Position numbers and translations under genes: made by a program. A stretch of 63,196 nucleotides of DNA, filler included, from Octopus bimaculoides (Eukaryota): the NCBI RefSeq assembly GCF_001194135.2. It is 5 parts of 5 records of this genome, joined end to end, with 100 filler letters (N's around TTAATTAATTAA, not from the genome) between each part and the next. Parts side by side here need not be neighbours in the genome. Positions count along the whole stretch, not along the records: positions 48,329 to 62,001 come from NC_068987.1; 4 more parts are not named here. One strand, 5' to 3'. The notes below the pieces were generated by a model, which was not told where the DNA came from, did not search any database, and was given only the letters and a program-made list of their open reading frames with translations. Shown piece by piece: positions 51,276-62,057 of this stretch. Numbering within the stretch: the stretch's first letter is position 1; each line of letters begins with the position of its first letter.

Positions 51276-52552
51276 TATATGTATATATATATGCATACAT
51301 ATATGTACATACTTATATATGTATATGCATATATGGGTACAGGACATCATAAAACGTAAACAACATGAAATATGAAAACATGGAATACGATCATTTTTTG
51401 CAAACAACGAAAGAAACAAATGGAAAACAAGACAAGTAACAAAGAACGACCCTTCATCAGTTGTCGGCTATTTTATATACACATTTTGAGCGCAAAGCAA
51501 AATAAAATTTGGGATTTGCAGAGGGTCAAAGCTGGTAACAAAAACAGGACATTAAAAACAAACACTAAGGGCTGCTAAGCCATAATGAGGTGAGATGGCG
51601 AACACTGGAGGAACAAGCTAGGAAAAGATAGGAGAGGAAACAGACAAGAATGTGTCTGATCTGTGTAGCTGATTGAAAGGAAAGAAAGAAGCTCAAATTA
51701 GGAAAAGAAAGATGGCCGATGGTCATGTGTGAGCGATGAGAGAGTAAAGGAGGAAGAGTGAGAAAGAGAGAGGGACAAATAGAGAATGGTGAAGGGGAGA
51801 GGAAAAGAAATAGAGAAAGGATGAGAGAGAAAAAAAACGAAAGAGGGAGAATGGGAGATAAAAAGAATTAGAGAAAGGAAGAGAGGAAACAAAGGGGGAA
51901 AGAGAAAGAGAACAGTAAAATAGAGTTGCATTAGAATTATTAAGGTAAACTTACTTGGAAATCGATGCGTGGCATTCAATCATATAAATAATATATATCA
52001 TTCAACCACAGTAATGGTTGAATATATTCTTCAACATTTCGTCAATTGCAGCAACTTCGAAGCTTCACCACTAATTTAGTTCTCAACTAAATTGCAAACT
52101 GTTAACAGTTTTAAAGAGGACACTTCCTCAACTGAGATTTGGTTCAGTAGAAAAAAAGTTACATCAAAATATGTTAGCTCTAAAGGTGGGCAGTAAGGCA
52201 CCTATTCATCTTCAATTAACATAAATTTTTGTATTTTAAAATAAAAATATGCTTTTCTTAGGCTTAAATGATAGAAAAATGCATGGTGAATTCAGAATCG
52301 TTAGTCACATTGAACAAAAATTAGTAGAAAAAAAAGTTAGGAGGTGAAATGTTATGAAATTTATTGTCAGCAAGTGAGGAAGTAAAAAGTAACACCCCAA
52401 TAATGTTAAGATAAGAATATATTTCTAAAATGGATGTTTACATTCTAACGCAGTGAGTTGGCAGTATAACGTTAGCATGCTGGACGAACTGCTTAGCGGT
52501 ATCCCGTCTCTGTGAAGTTATTGCGTGAGTCTAAGTTGAACTGTTTATCGAA

Positions 52553-53760
52553 TTGTTGCCATTGTTGATTGAATTGTTGTTTAGTTGTTGCTTCGTTGAT
52601 TGTTGTTTTGTTTCCCATTGTGGGAAAGTGGAGGCGGCGCCGGAGGCTGGCCCAAGTTGTGCGGCTGCGGCGGGCAAAGGAGTGGATGCGCGACAGTTGG
52701 AGGTCCGCGAGATGAAGGTGGAGCCTAGAAAGATGAAGGAGAGTGAGTGGTTGGTCACAGGGGAGGGAGGAGTTTTGAAGCTGACACTGCCTGAAGAGCT
52801 GTCGGCCAGCGTGACGGGAAGAACGGCTGTATTTGGAACTATGAGGGCGGCNNNNNNNNNNNNNNNNNNNNNNNNNNNNNNNNNNNNNNNNNNNNNNNNN
52901 NNNNNNNNNNNNNNNNNNNNNNNNNNNNNNNNNNNNNNNNNNNNNNNNNNNNNNNNNNNNNNNNNNNNNNNNNNNNNNNNNNNNNNNNNNNNNNNNNNNN
53001 NNNNNNNNNNNNNNNNNNNNNNNNNNNNNNNNNNNNNNNNNNNNNNNNNNNNNNNNNNNNNNNNNNNNNNNNNNNNNNNNNNNNNNNNNNNNNNNNNNNN
53101 NNNNNNNNNNNNNNNNNNNNNNNNNNNNNNNNNNNNNNNNNNNNNNNNNNNNNNNNNNNNNNNNNNNNNNNNNNNNNNNNNNNNNNNNNNNNNNNNNNNN
53201 NNNNNNNNNNNNNNNNNNNNNNNNNNNNNNNNNNNNNNNNNNNNNNNNNNNNNNNNNNNNNNNNNNNNNNNNNNNNNNNNNNNNNNNNNNNNNNNNNNNN
53301 NNNNNNNNNNNNNNNNNNNNNNNNNNNNNNNNNNNNNNNNNNNNNNNNNNNNNNNNNNNNNNNNNNNNNNNNNNNNNNNNNNNNNNNNNNNNNNNNNNNN
53401 NNNNNNNNNNNNNNNNNNNNNNNNNNNNNNNNNNNNNNNNNNNNNNNNNNNNNNNNNNNNNNNNNNNNNNNNNNNNNNNNNNNNNNNNNNNNNNNNNNNN
53501 NNNNNNNNNNNNNNNNNNNNNNNNNNNNNNNNNNNNNNNNNNNNNNNNNNNNNNNNNNNNNNNNNNNNNNNNNNNNNNNNNNNNNNNNNNNNNNNNNNNN
53601 NNNNNNNNNNNNNNNNNNNNNNNNNNNNNNNNNNNNACAAGCAGAGCAGGAAGAGGGACGGGAGAGTGTGGACTGGGTGGTGCAGAGCGGGGCAACGGAA
53701 AAAGAAACAGGAAAAGAAACTGATAAGAGATTCACTATGGTTAATATTAAAAATTATTTT
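52553..53760 (+). mobile_element. L1/Tx1-like ORF1 remnant spanning an N gap
   Basis: GC-rich island whose translation LTLPEELSASVTGRTAVF aligns with LTVRSEEIETVERRTVLF of the ORF1 at 12.7 kb. The middle 785 bp is N. Confidence 0.5.
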
Positions 53761-53874
53761 GTTATAGTTTACTAATAACACTATACTTATTTAAGTAGAA
53801 TTTGGCTAATTTACTACCTTAAATACAGAAAAAAGTGACTAATTAGACAAACTTACAAATTGGCTAAACAGTTT

Positions 53875-54434
53875 TGTAGTGGATATGTGTCCTGTCGTAG
53901 TGAGTTGGTCTGTTGGATTTGAATAAACTGCAGAGACTCGGTAATCGGAGTATAACTTCATTTATTTAGTATAAATGATACTGTGTTGAGTGGACATCGA
54001 AACATATTGCTACATTATAAATGTGTATAACTAGCTACGAGTTATATGCGGAGAAAGCATGTTTGTTGATAGCAGTGAAAACTGCTGTTCTGGGTTGTTG
54101 CATATCTCAGCTGAGTTGGTAGCAGTTAAAACCGCTCTTATTACATGTGAATATCTTGGCTGAGTTGATAGCAGTTAAAACAGCTGTTCATATGTTGGAG
54201 TCAGAAACCAATTTCAGACTGCCCATCTACTCAGTGCTGTATTTATAGTCAGCAGCGAGGTAGACAATCTATTTTTAGCTATGGTGAAATCCTGCTGCTG
54301 ATTTACAAAAAGGGCGCCAATTTAAGGTTTTCACTATGGGAGCTGTCAATTTATTTTTAGCTATGATGAAATCCTAGCTAACTCAGTCTAAGGCTATGAA
54401 TACAATGTGTTAGTCATGTCTAGTGTCCGTTACA
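53875..54434 (-). mobile_element. Solo LTR (560 bp) with 4-bp TSD
   Basis: TGTA...TACA termini; GTTT at 53871-74 and 54435-38; minus-strand TATA-like CTATAAATACAG upstream of AATAAA; internal short direct repeats. Confidence 0.7.
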
Positions 54435-54589
54435 GTTTTGTACAATAAATTTAAAAGATGAGAACTGTAAAGAGGGATAAATTAGAAGTGGCATTCTTTG
54501 CTACAATATTTTAAGTAAAAAGTACCTTTGAATCATTGGGTGACATGCCGTGCTTGGGGAGACCTATTGAGTCAAGTAAAATCAAAATC

Positions 54590-55050
54590 AAATCAAATCA
54601 CAATCAAATGGAAATTGTAGTTGTGTCCAATGCCAGTGCTGCCTGACTGTCTCCCAGGCTGGTGGCACGCAATAAGCACCATTCATGCGTGGGTCATTGC
54701 CAGTGCCACCTGACTGGGTTCCCATGCCATTGGCATGTAAAAAGCACCATCCGAACAGGGTTGATGCCAGCCCCCCTCTCCCCAACTGGCTCTGTGCTAG
54801 TAGCACGTAAAAAGCACCATCCAAACGTGGCTGATGTCAGTGCCATCTGATTGGCTCCCATGCTGGTGGCACATAAAAAGCACACACTACACTCTTGGAG
54901 TGGTTGGCGTTAGCAAGGGCATCCAGCTGTAGAAACATTGCGAGATCAGATTGGAGTCTGGTGTAGCCTCCAGGCTTGCCAGTCCTCAGTCAAACCATGC
55001 AACCCATGCCAGCATGGAAAACGGACGTTAAACAATGATGATGATGATGA
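54590..55050 (+). mobile_element. SINE with four internal ~67-bp tandem units and a (GAT)n tail
   Basis: Units start TGCCAG/TGTCAG at 54631, 54698, 54765 and 54835. They are followed by GTTGGCGTTAGCAAGGGCATCCAGCTGTAGAAAC and ...ACGGACGTTAAACAATGATGATG. Confidence 0.75.
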
Positions 55051-55263
55051 GATGAATGGGAATAAAGCTTAAAAGCATGGAAATAGATATATGTAGTAGA
55101 AATGAAATGTAAGAAGACAGTTAAAGATCAAATATTATAGATTGGTAGAAATTACTTATTAGAACTAAAGGCATGTCTTTGCCAATGTTTGCAATGATTA
55201 ATGCATTCTTCAAATGTGTTTACAAGAGAATTCTACGAGAACAGAATGAGAAATTGTTCTTTG

Positions 55264-57470
55264 TTACAGAGTGGACACAAAAAATTTACCTTTATCATAT
55301 GGGAAGGATCTTGATAGAACGTTCCATTCCAAATCAAATTGTTTATTATGTTCCTTTAGAGACCAAATTAATTTACTAAGCCCAGTATTGTTGCATTTAT
55401 TGATATATCTAAATGCAGAGTAATGGTTAGATATTCTTTTTGACAACTGAGATGATAAACTACCTATGTAAAAAAAGACATCAGAACTGGAAGTAATTCT
55501 ACATTGATACACAGAGTTTCTAGTCTTAGAATTACTGCTAAGGAAATGAACATGATTCAAATTTATATCAGAAATATTGATATTGTTGTTATTATTGTTC
55601 AAAGAATGGTTAGCGCTAATAATATCAATGTTATTATTTTCATTAAGTGGATTTGTATTTAAGAACTTATTGTTATGCAAAGAGATGATTTGTGAAAGGT
55701 TTTTGGTGTTTGAAAACCCTATTCCAATTTGGTGTGAATTGATAATGGAATGGTATCTTGAATTTTTTGGAAATTCTTATCTATAGCTTCATGAAACTGG
55801 TAAGGGAGGTTGGATTTGATCTGCTTACCATAAGGAATTATCAACCAAACAGTTTTACTAGGACACACCTAGACTTATTTTTATTACATATAAAGGGACA
55901 AAAAGAACTGTTGTCTCCTTTACGCTGCAAAATTACATTTGTTTGATTTAGTGTTGTTATTCAAACTAAAATTAATATTGTTATTACTGTTATGATGTGT
56001 TTTCATGTCCTGATTAATAGAGGTAGAATTCATGTCAATAGGGTTAATATAGGTAAATTTTTTCTTTATAGCCTGCTTTAAGTAAGGCAGAGTTATAAAA
56101 TTCAGCTTTATCGTTGAAGATATCAACATTAGCAGATAATCTAGAAAGTCTAAGTGAAATATTTCTAACTAAATTCCTTGTAATAGCCTTTGAATGATTA
56201 CTGAAAGAGCTAATATATTTTAAATTAGTTGAGGGTTTATAGTATGGGATGAATCATTATGTAAGAGTAATGTCCAAAAAGTTGGCTTTAGTTATATCAT
56301 CATCGAAAACAATGTTTAAGCCCATGTTTCAGAAAAATTTAACCAACCTATTTTTAACCCTTTATAATTTTTGGTTAGAAACATTTTGAAGGTAGAGTAG
56401 ACAATCTTCACAATACAAACCTCCATTAACGTTTGGAAATTGGTCAGCCATCTCATAAAGGATATATATACTGACCAAATCAGCCAGTTGTGCTGAGTCA
56501 GAACTTCCCATCGTGACATCAAAACTGTCAGGTGTATTTTTATGAGCCCACAGCTTGCTTTAAAAATTTAATGATGGATTTTCTGGCAATAATACCACAC
56601 TAATTTCATCCCAAGTGAGACCTGCTTTGTTGTGTGTGAACCAGAGTGCTTTGTTGAGTACAATTGGGTTAACAGAACAATAGTAACTAGAAATGTCAAA
56701 CTGGATAAACTTAGTGCATTTCTTGTTACTAATAGAATTAAACCAGTCAACCACTTGGAACGATTTAGACCATAAACTAAGCTTAATTTTTTAACTAAAG
56801 GAGGAATATATTTATCTAGAATATTTTTGCTAAGTTCACTGATATCAGAGCTAGAAGGACAAATAAGTCGTAAGGTTGGGTTATTAAAAAAATTTGGTTT
56901 GTGGTTTTTTAAAATAAAACGAGGTTGTTTAGGATCAAGAGGTTCAGTCGTCATCTGTAAGTTATATTTCTTCATAATTTTCTTCGCCTCAGGGTTGGCT
57001 TTCCTGATTGCACTTTTACCAGTAATCCTATAATTCTTTTGTATTTCTTTTCTAAGCAATTCTAGATAGTAATCCTTGGTAAGTCTGTATAAGTTTCCTG
57101 TTTTATCAGATTGAACCAGTATGCCATCAATGTTGTGAATTTCTTTGGTGATATTGTGAAGATACCTCAGATGTTTGTTCCTTAAGGGTGAACGGTGGAG
57201 TTTCACATTCCTTACAATAGACCAGAGATCGTCTTCAAACTGTTTCAATATTGGGTTAGGTGGAGGATTGTTTTTAGATTTAAAAAATTTGCTTAATTCA
57301 GAAGTTAGATCGTTAGAAGGTTGTTTAATGTCTTTATTGTCAAAGAAGAAAGCAAGCCATCTAATACGGTTAATAAAAGAGTTTGTCTTACTAATGAGTT
57401 AAGAAAAACCTTCCATGGGGGAATGGGTATATCCTTAAGAGATGCATTTATATCAAATAACTCCACATGT
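55264..57470 (-). pseudogene. Penelope-like RT-GIY-YIG polyprotein, frameshifted
   Basis: Track ORFs 56568-57248 (RT N-part) and 55264-55680 (GIY-YIG) plus intervening frames. The N-terminus SLKDIPIP..RWLAFF..FKSKNNPP matches the PLE consensus SxKNIPIP..RMRWKA..FKSxxxPP. Confidence 0.85.
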
Positions 57471-57726
57471 GGTAACTATTTTATTTGCGGGTTATATGGA
57501 AACCTGGTTGAAGTGTATATAAATGTATGCGTATATTTTCAGTGTGGACAAATAACATGGGAAAAAAAAAAATAAATAGTTACCAGGGTAGCAGAAATTC
57601 ACATAAGTGCCAAGGATATTACAGCCTACTTATAAAGGTAGAAATTCCAGGGTTAAGTGAAATGTTTTTGTATAACAGATAAATTAAGAAATGGAGCCAA
57701 ACGCAGTTGTTATTCAAATCTTTATA

Positions 57727-57813
57727 CTTCCGACATATGTTTCAAAGAAAACATTGATATTATTCCGGAGGGAATAAAATGATGTAAAACAGTGCAATCA
57801 TCTCGTCAGGGAG
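57727..57813 (-). ncRNA. Type I hammerhead ribozyme motif in the Penelope 5' region
   Basis: Minus strand reads CTCC-CTGACGA(57809-57803)-59 nt stem II region with hairpins GATG/CATC and TATTCC/GGAATA-GAAA-palindrome ACATATGT (57733-40)-C-GGAAG. Same strand as the ORF. Confidence 0.6.
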
Positions 57814-59572
57814 AAAAAGAGAAACAAAACACATCAATAAGCCATTTTAACTGAATTTGATTACCATGTATATGATGAAGGGGAATGCTGGCAAGTTACT
57901 TTTTAAAAAGAACGTTAATAGATTTAACGTCAAAGGTAATTTAGAGAAAAAGAAGGAGAAAGAAAGAAATTAACAGAAAATTAAGAGTGGAGAAATATAG
58001 CGTGATAGATGAATGGGAATAAAGCTTAAAAGCATGGAAATAGATACATGTAGCGGAGATGAAATGTAAGAAGACAGTTAAAGGTGGAATTTTATAGATT
58101 GGTAGAAATTATTTATAGGAACTAAATTTTTGCTACTCTGGTAACTATTTATTTTTCCTGTGTTATTTGTACACATTGAAAAAATTCTGTCTGTCTGGGA
58201 CCCCTGTATCTCAGTCTACGTTTGCTCTACTTCAGTGGCAGCTTGTCTATAAGCACTGCGGAACTGCAACACCCCCTATTTCCACTCAATATTATCGATG
58301 ACATTCAATATAATTAGTCCTTTTTTTCTTTAATTCTTTCTTTATACTTGTATATTATATAATCCTTAAGCTTAATGTAGGTAGCCATCCCCTAGATTAT
58401 GAAAAAAATACAAAAATCTTTGTATAGAACTGTGCGCTTCACAGTTCCAGCAACACAGTGTTTAGCTGTTGTGCACATGCTCACATGTTCGAGACAGGTA
58501 GCTTCAGGCTAGGGAGAGACAGCACTGTCATTCACGCAGTACTGGTGAAAGGTAGTGTTTCTTTTTGACTCCGCGTGTGTTGTACTTAAAAACGTGTTTA
58601 TATTCTTGAATGTGATAAAGTGTAAAATTAGATTATTATCCTGCTTCTAAGCTCCAGTGTTGCTGCCAGAATTTGAAAAATAGGGCAGATTTTACCCCCT
58701 TATTTTGTGATTTAGGGGAGATTTTTGAAAAACAAGGGTCAGTTTGTGGCAGTATTCAGTGAACAAATTAAACATACTACCTGGCAGTGGCTAAAATGTT
58801 AACCAATCAAGTTTATGTATAAATATTCTTCTTATATGTTTGTTTCCTTTTACACAATATTAAAACAATGGCTAAAAATTTTCTGAAGCAGCACCCCACT
58901 AATTTTATTTACAAGCTGCCACCACTCTACATAGATATATTATGCCTTTTTGGAATCGGGATGATCCTGGGATTGAAAATCTTGCTTTTCACTTGGTTCT
59001 TGAACATCTAAGCATTGGGATCTGATTTAAAAGCATTTGGGTTGCTATTTCTAGCAGGTAAAGCTTGGCTGATTCATGCCATCTTTGTTGGTGTTTGTCA
59101 AATGACGTAAGAAATCAAGGAAGAGATAAATGACATTCACTTTGTTACTTTTACGTTGAGATAAGAACTTAGGGACAAATTGGCCAACAGTTGGAATTCA
59201 AATTGGGACTGGAACAATAGAATTCTCATCTGTCCTTAACCTCTGATCAAACCCCACCGGGACATATAGTCATTATAGATGTATTGTAGTCATGCTATTT
59301 GGCTCCCTTTAGTTTAGGGCCACAGGCCCAATTAGTCCTCCTCAAGAGTTAGTTTAAAAGTCTGCACAGAGTGCAGCTTTTAAGCTAGTAGATATATTTG
59401 TTTTTTATCATTTACTTGTTTCAGCCATTGGATTGTGGTAATATTGGAGTACCACCATGAAGAATGTTTAGTTAAACAAATTGACCCAAGTACTTACTTT
59501 CTTTTTTACTGGTCTCTTTTTCTGAACAGCTAAGTTACAAGGACATAAACAAACCAACACCAGTTGTCAAAC

Positions 59573-59791
59573 TGTTGTAATTCTCTGTCAGACTGTTATA
59601 ATGTCCACTCTGGTATAGCAGTATAGTTAGACAAGTAAAGACATGGCTATCTATATCACAGTATCTATAACAACTAGCATATACCACTCATCATGTGGGA
59701 GGGGTGTTATTACTATTACTCCCTTTTAAGTTTTCTTTTTTTCTTAGGGAGTGTAATTTTATTTCTTTTATTAGCAATAATTTTTACATCA
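59573..59791 (-). mobile_element. 3' LTR of a Ty3/Gypsy element with adjacent polypurine tract
   Basis: TGTTGTAA...TTACATCA terminal inverted repeat. The minus-strand PPT AAGAAAGGGAGGTGGGG (59792-59808) sits immediately before TG. The LTR interrupts a SINE on its left. Confidence 0.7.
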
Positions 59792-59969
59792 CCCCACCTC
59801 CCTTTCTTGAGTTTTTTTTTTTTCATACATTTACGGATTTAATATTTTTTCCATTTGGGACCTACTTCCAGGAACTCCGTACATTTTCTTTTTCTTTTGC
59901 TTGTGCATCTGGGTTCAATTATCTGTAGTGGCATTCTTCCATTGGTTCTTCCATTCTCTTGGGTTCACT

Positions 59970-60878
59970 CTAAACAAATCTTTTTTTTAGTTGATTCATG
60001 TGTCTGTTGTATACCCATTTTCTTTCTTTTATCAAGTATAGCATTTTTCCTATGCATTTGGTAATCATACCATCTTCCCAACTTTGTTTTCCATTCTTAT
60101 ATGCCCTAGCAAATACATTTTCACCGATTTTGAAATATCTTGCTGTATTATCCATTGCAACTTTTCTTTTCTCACCAGGTAGTAATTTGTCGAAGACTGA
60201 TTTTATTTTCCTTGCAAACATCAGTTCTGCTGGTGACATACCTGCTGCTGTACTTGGATTTGGTGTCACATGGCATACTCTTAAGAATTGCTGTAGAGCT
60301 ACCTCATCTGTGACTTCCTTATTCAACTTCTTTAGGGTTCTCTTGAACGTATTGAAAAAGCGTTTTGTTTGTCTGTTAGATCTGGGATGGTATGGTGCCT
60401 TAGTTACATGTTCTACAGCAAATATTTTACAAAACTTTTTAATCTCAAAAGACACAAATCGGGTTTCGTTGTTAGACACTATCACATCTGGGAGGCCAAA
60501 TCTTGCAAATAACGCATGTAGAAAATTTGTCGCAGTTGAGTAGGTTGGCTTTTTACACTTACAAATTTCTGGCCATTTAGAGAAACTATCTATTACCACT
60601 AAGTAGTATGAACCATTTAAGGAACCAGTGAAATTTATGTGTTGTCTCGACCACAGCACATCTACTTTTGGCCAAGGTTCACTTTTTATTGTTGGTAATT
60701 TTGCTGCGAGTGCACATCCTCTGCAGCCTTTCACTAAATTTTCAATTTCTCTATCCACTTTTAGCCAATACATGTAGCTACGCATTAAAGCTTTCTTCCT
60801 TGTCTTTTGCAGTGTTTCAGGTATTATTACTGTCTGTATATACATCAGTATGCCATCACAAATTAAGTGTAGGTTCAT
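59970..60878 (-). pseudogene. Ty3/Gypsy integrase (catalytically substituted)
   Basis: 302-aa ORF with RSYMYW..CRGC, HINFTG, YLVVIDSFSKWPE, FARFGLPDVIVSNN, APYHPRSN and TPNP..SPAELMF. Confidence 0.9.
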
Positions 60879-60995
60879 GTCTTGGTTTCGTTTTGCACCA
60901 GTCCTGTTCCTATTTACTTTTACTGTCTTTTCATTTCTGTTATGAATTTGTCCTTTTCTGCATTTTGTTTTATGTCTTCTAAGGTCACTGATAAT

Positions 60996-61790
60996 TCACA
61001 TACCATGTTCCACTTTCCACTTTTTATTTCTCCTTTTACAGTGCGCTTTTACATGTTCAATTTTTCCATAACAGAAACATTCTGCTTTCTTAAATGGGCA
61101 GTTTTTTCTCAGGTGTAGACCTCCACAAGCAAAACATTGGTTTGTTTCCTGATTTTTGTCCTGTTTGTGCTGAATTTTAGTACATACCAGATTTCTATTC
61201 TGCCTGTTTTGCACTTGTTTCACTTGGGAGCAATCTTTATGTTCAATTTTCTCTGTGTCGTGCCTTAAATTTACTATTCTTTCACACCTTTCTGACACTT
61301 GCTGTAAGGTTACAGCTCGGTTTTGTTCCAGCTTTTCTGGATCTTTTTCTGCAGTTAGTCCTTGAGTAAATATCAGGCACTTGAACATATCTGGCTTTAA
61401 CTCATCCAGTTTGAACTGTTAACTCTACCAGCATATGTTAACTCTACCAGCATATGTGATGTAGTCCTCATCGTTGTTCTTTTCTGGGTTCAAACATTTC
61501 CAGAGTATTTGAACAACGAGCTTTTGTCATTAAGAATTTTACACAATATGTCTATTATATTTTTAAAGTTTATGTCAGAAGGATTTTTTGGGAGTACGTA
61601 ATTGCTGTAATGCTCACGTTCTCCTGCTGCCAGTTTTCTTAAGATTAGACGCATTTTTATATTGTTATCGCAATCTTTGCACTCTTTATCGAAGATCTGT
61701 TCATCTTCTTAATATATAAATCTGAAGTTGTGTGTCTGTGTGAAGCCTTTTTGAATGTTTATAGAAATCCACATTTTCCACTTTTTCGTA
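60996..61790 (-). pseudogene. Ty3/Gypsy gag remnant
   Basis: Zinc-knuckle remnants CFACGGLHLRKNC and CFCYGKIEHVKAHC; upstream frames contain KCLIFTQGL and YSNYVLPKNP, resembling gag of this Gypsy group. Confidence 0.75.
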
Positions 61791-62045
61791 AATTTTTTTA
61801 CATCAATGGAATTTTCTCGATGTGAACTTTCCAGTGCAGTAATTAGATTTTTAAAATTCCGTTTACTTTGTGTGATTTAAGGGAGATTTGGCTGTTGTTT
61901 CTAGCAACTTTTATATTTCATCCCTTCTACCTGGAACGCCATTCTTACACACGCGCTCAACATAAAAATATAGAGAGTAAGAGTTAAAGAGGGAGAGGGA
62001 GNNNNNNNNNNNNNNNNNNNNNNNNNNNNNNNNNNNNNNNNNNNN

Positions 62046-62057
62046 TTAATTAATTAA
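62046..62057. other. Artificial scaffold linker TTAATTAATTAA
   Basis: N44 + linker + N44 (62002-62101). Confidence 0.95.

Larger units (their letters stand above)
55050..58180 (-). mobile_element. Near-complete decayed Penelope-like element (RT + GIY-YIG) with pseudo-LTR architecture
   Basis: RT motifs HKPNFFNNPTLRLI, FIQFDI, FDVTMGS, GLYCED and NFLDIT; GIY-YIG motifs VYQC..YIG..KRISNH..TGLSKLIWSLK. Direct repeat 55050-55169 / 58007-58126; inverted repeat 57536-57598 / 58127-58180. Confidence 0.9.

Noticed and set aside
52250-52350. Candidate next POLR3A exon (DRKMHGEFRIVSH after a TTTTCTTAG acceptor)
   Set aside because: Only HGE matches, the phase is incompatible with the phase-0 donor at 50879, and the SSMYYVLQ-type motif is absent.
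54631-54900. Regularly spaced repeats suggestive of a CRISPR array (also the 347-bp repeat at 2.8-3.3 kb)
   Set aside because: Whole units are homologous with no unique spacers, the context is eukaryotic, and there are no cas genes.
59998-60982. Plus-strand ORFs of 181 and 104 aa
   Set aside because: They are antisense shadows of the integrase frame with no motifs of their own.
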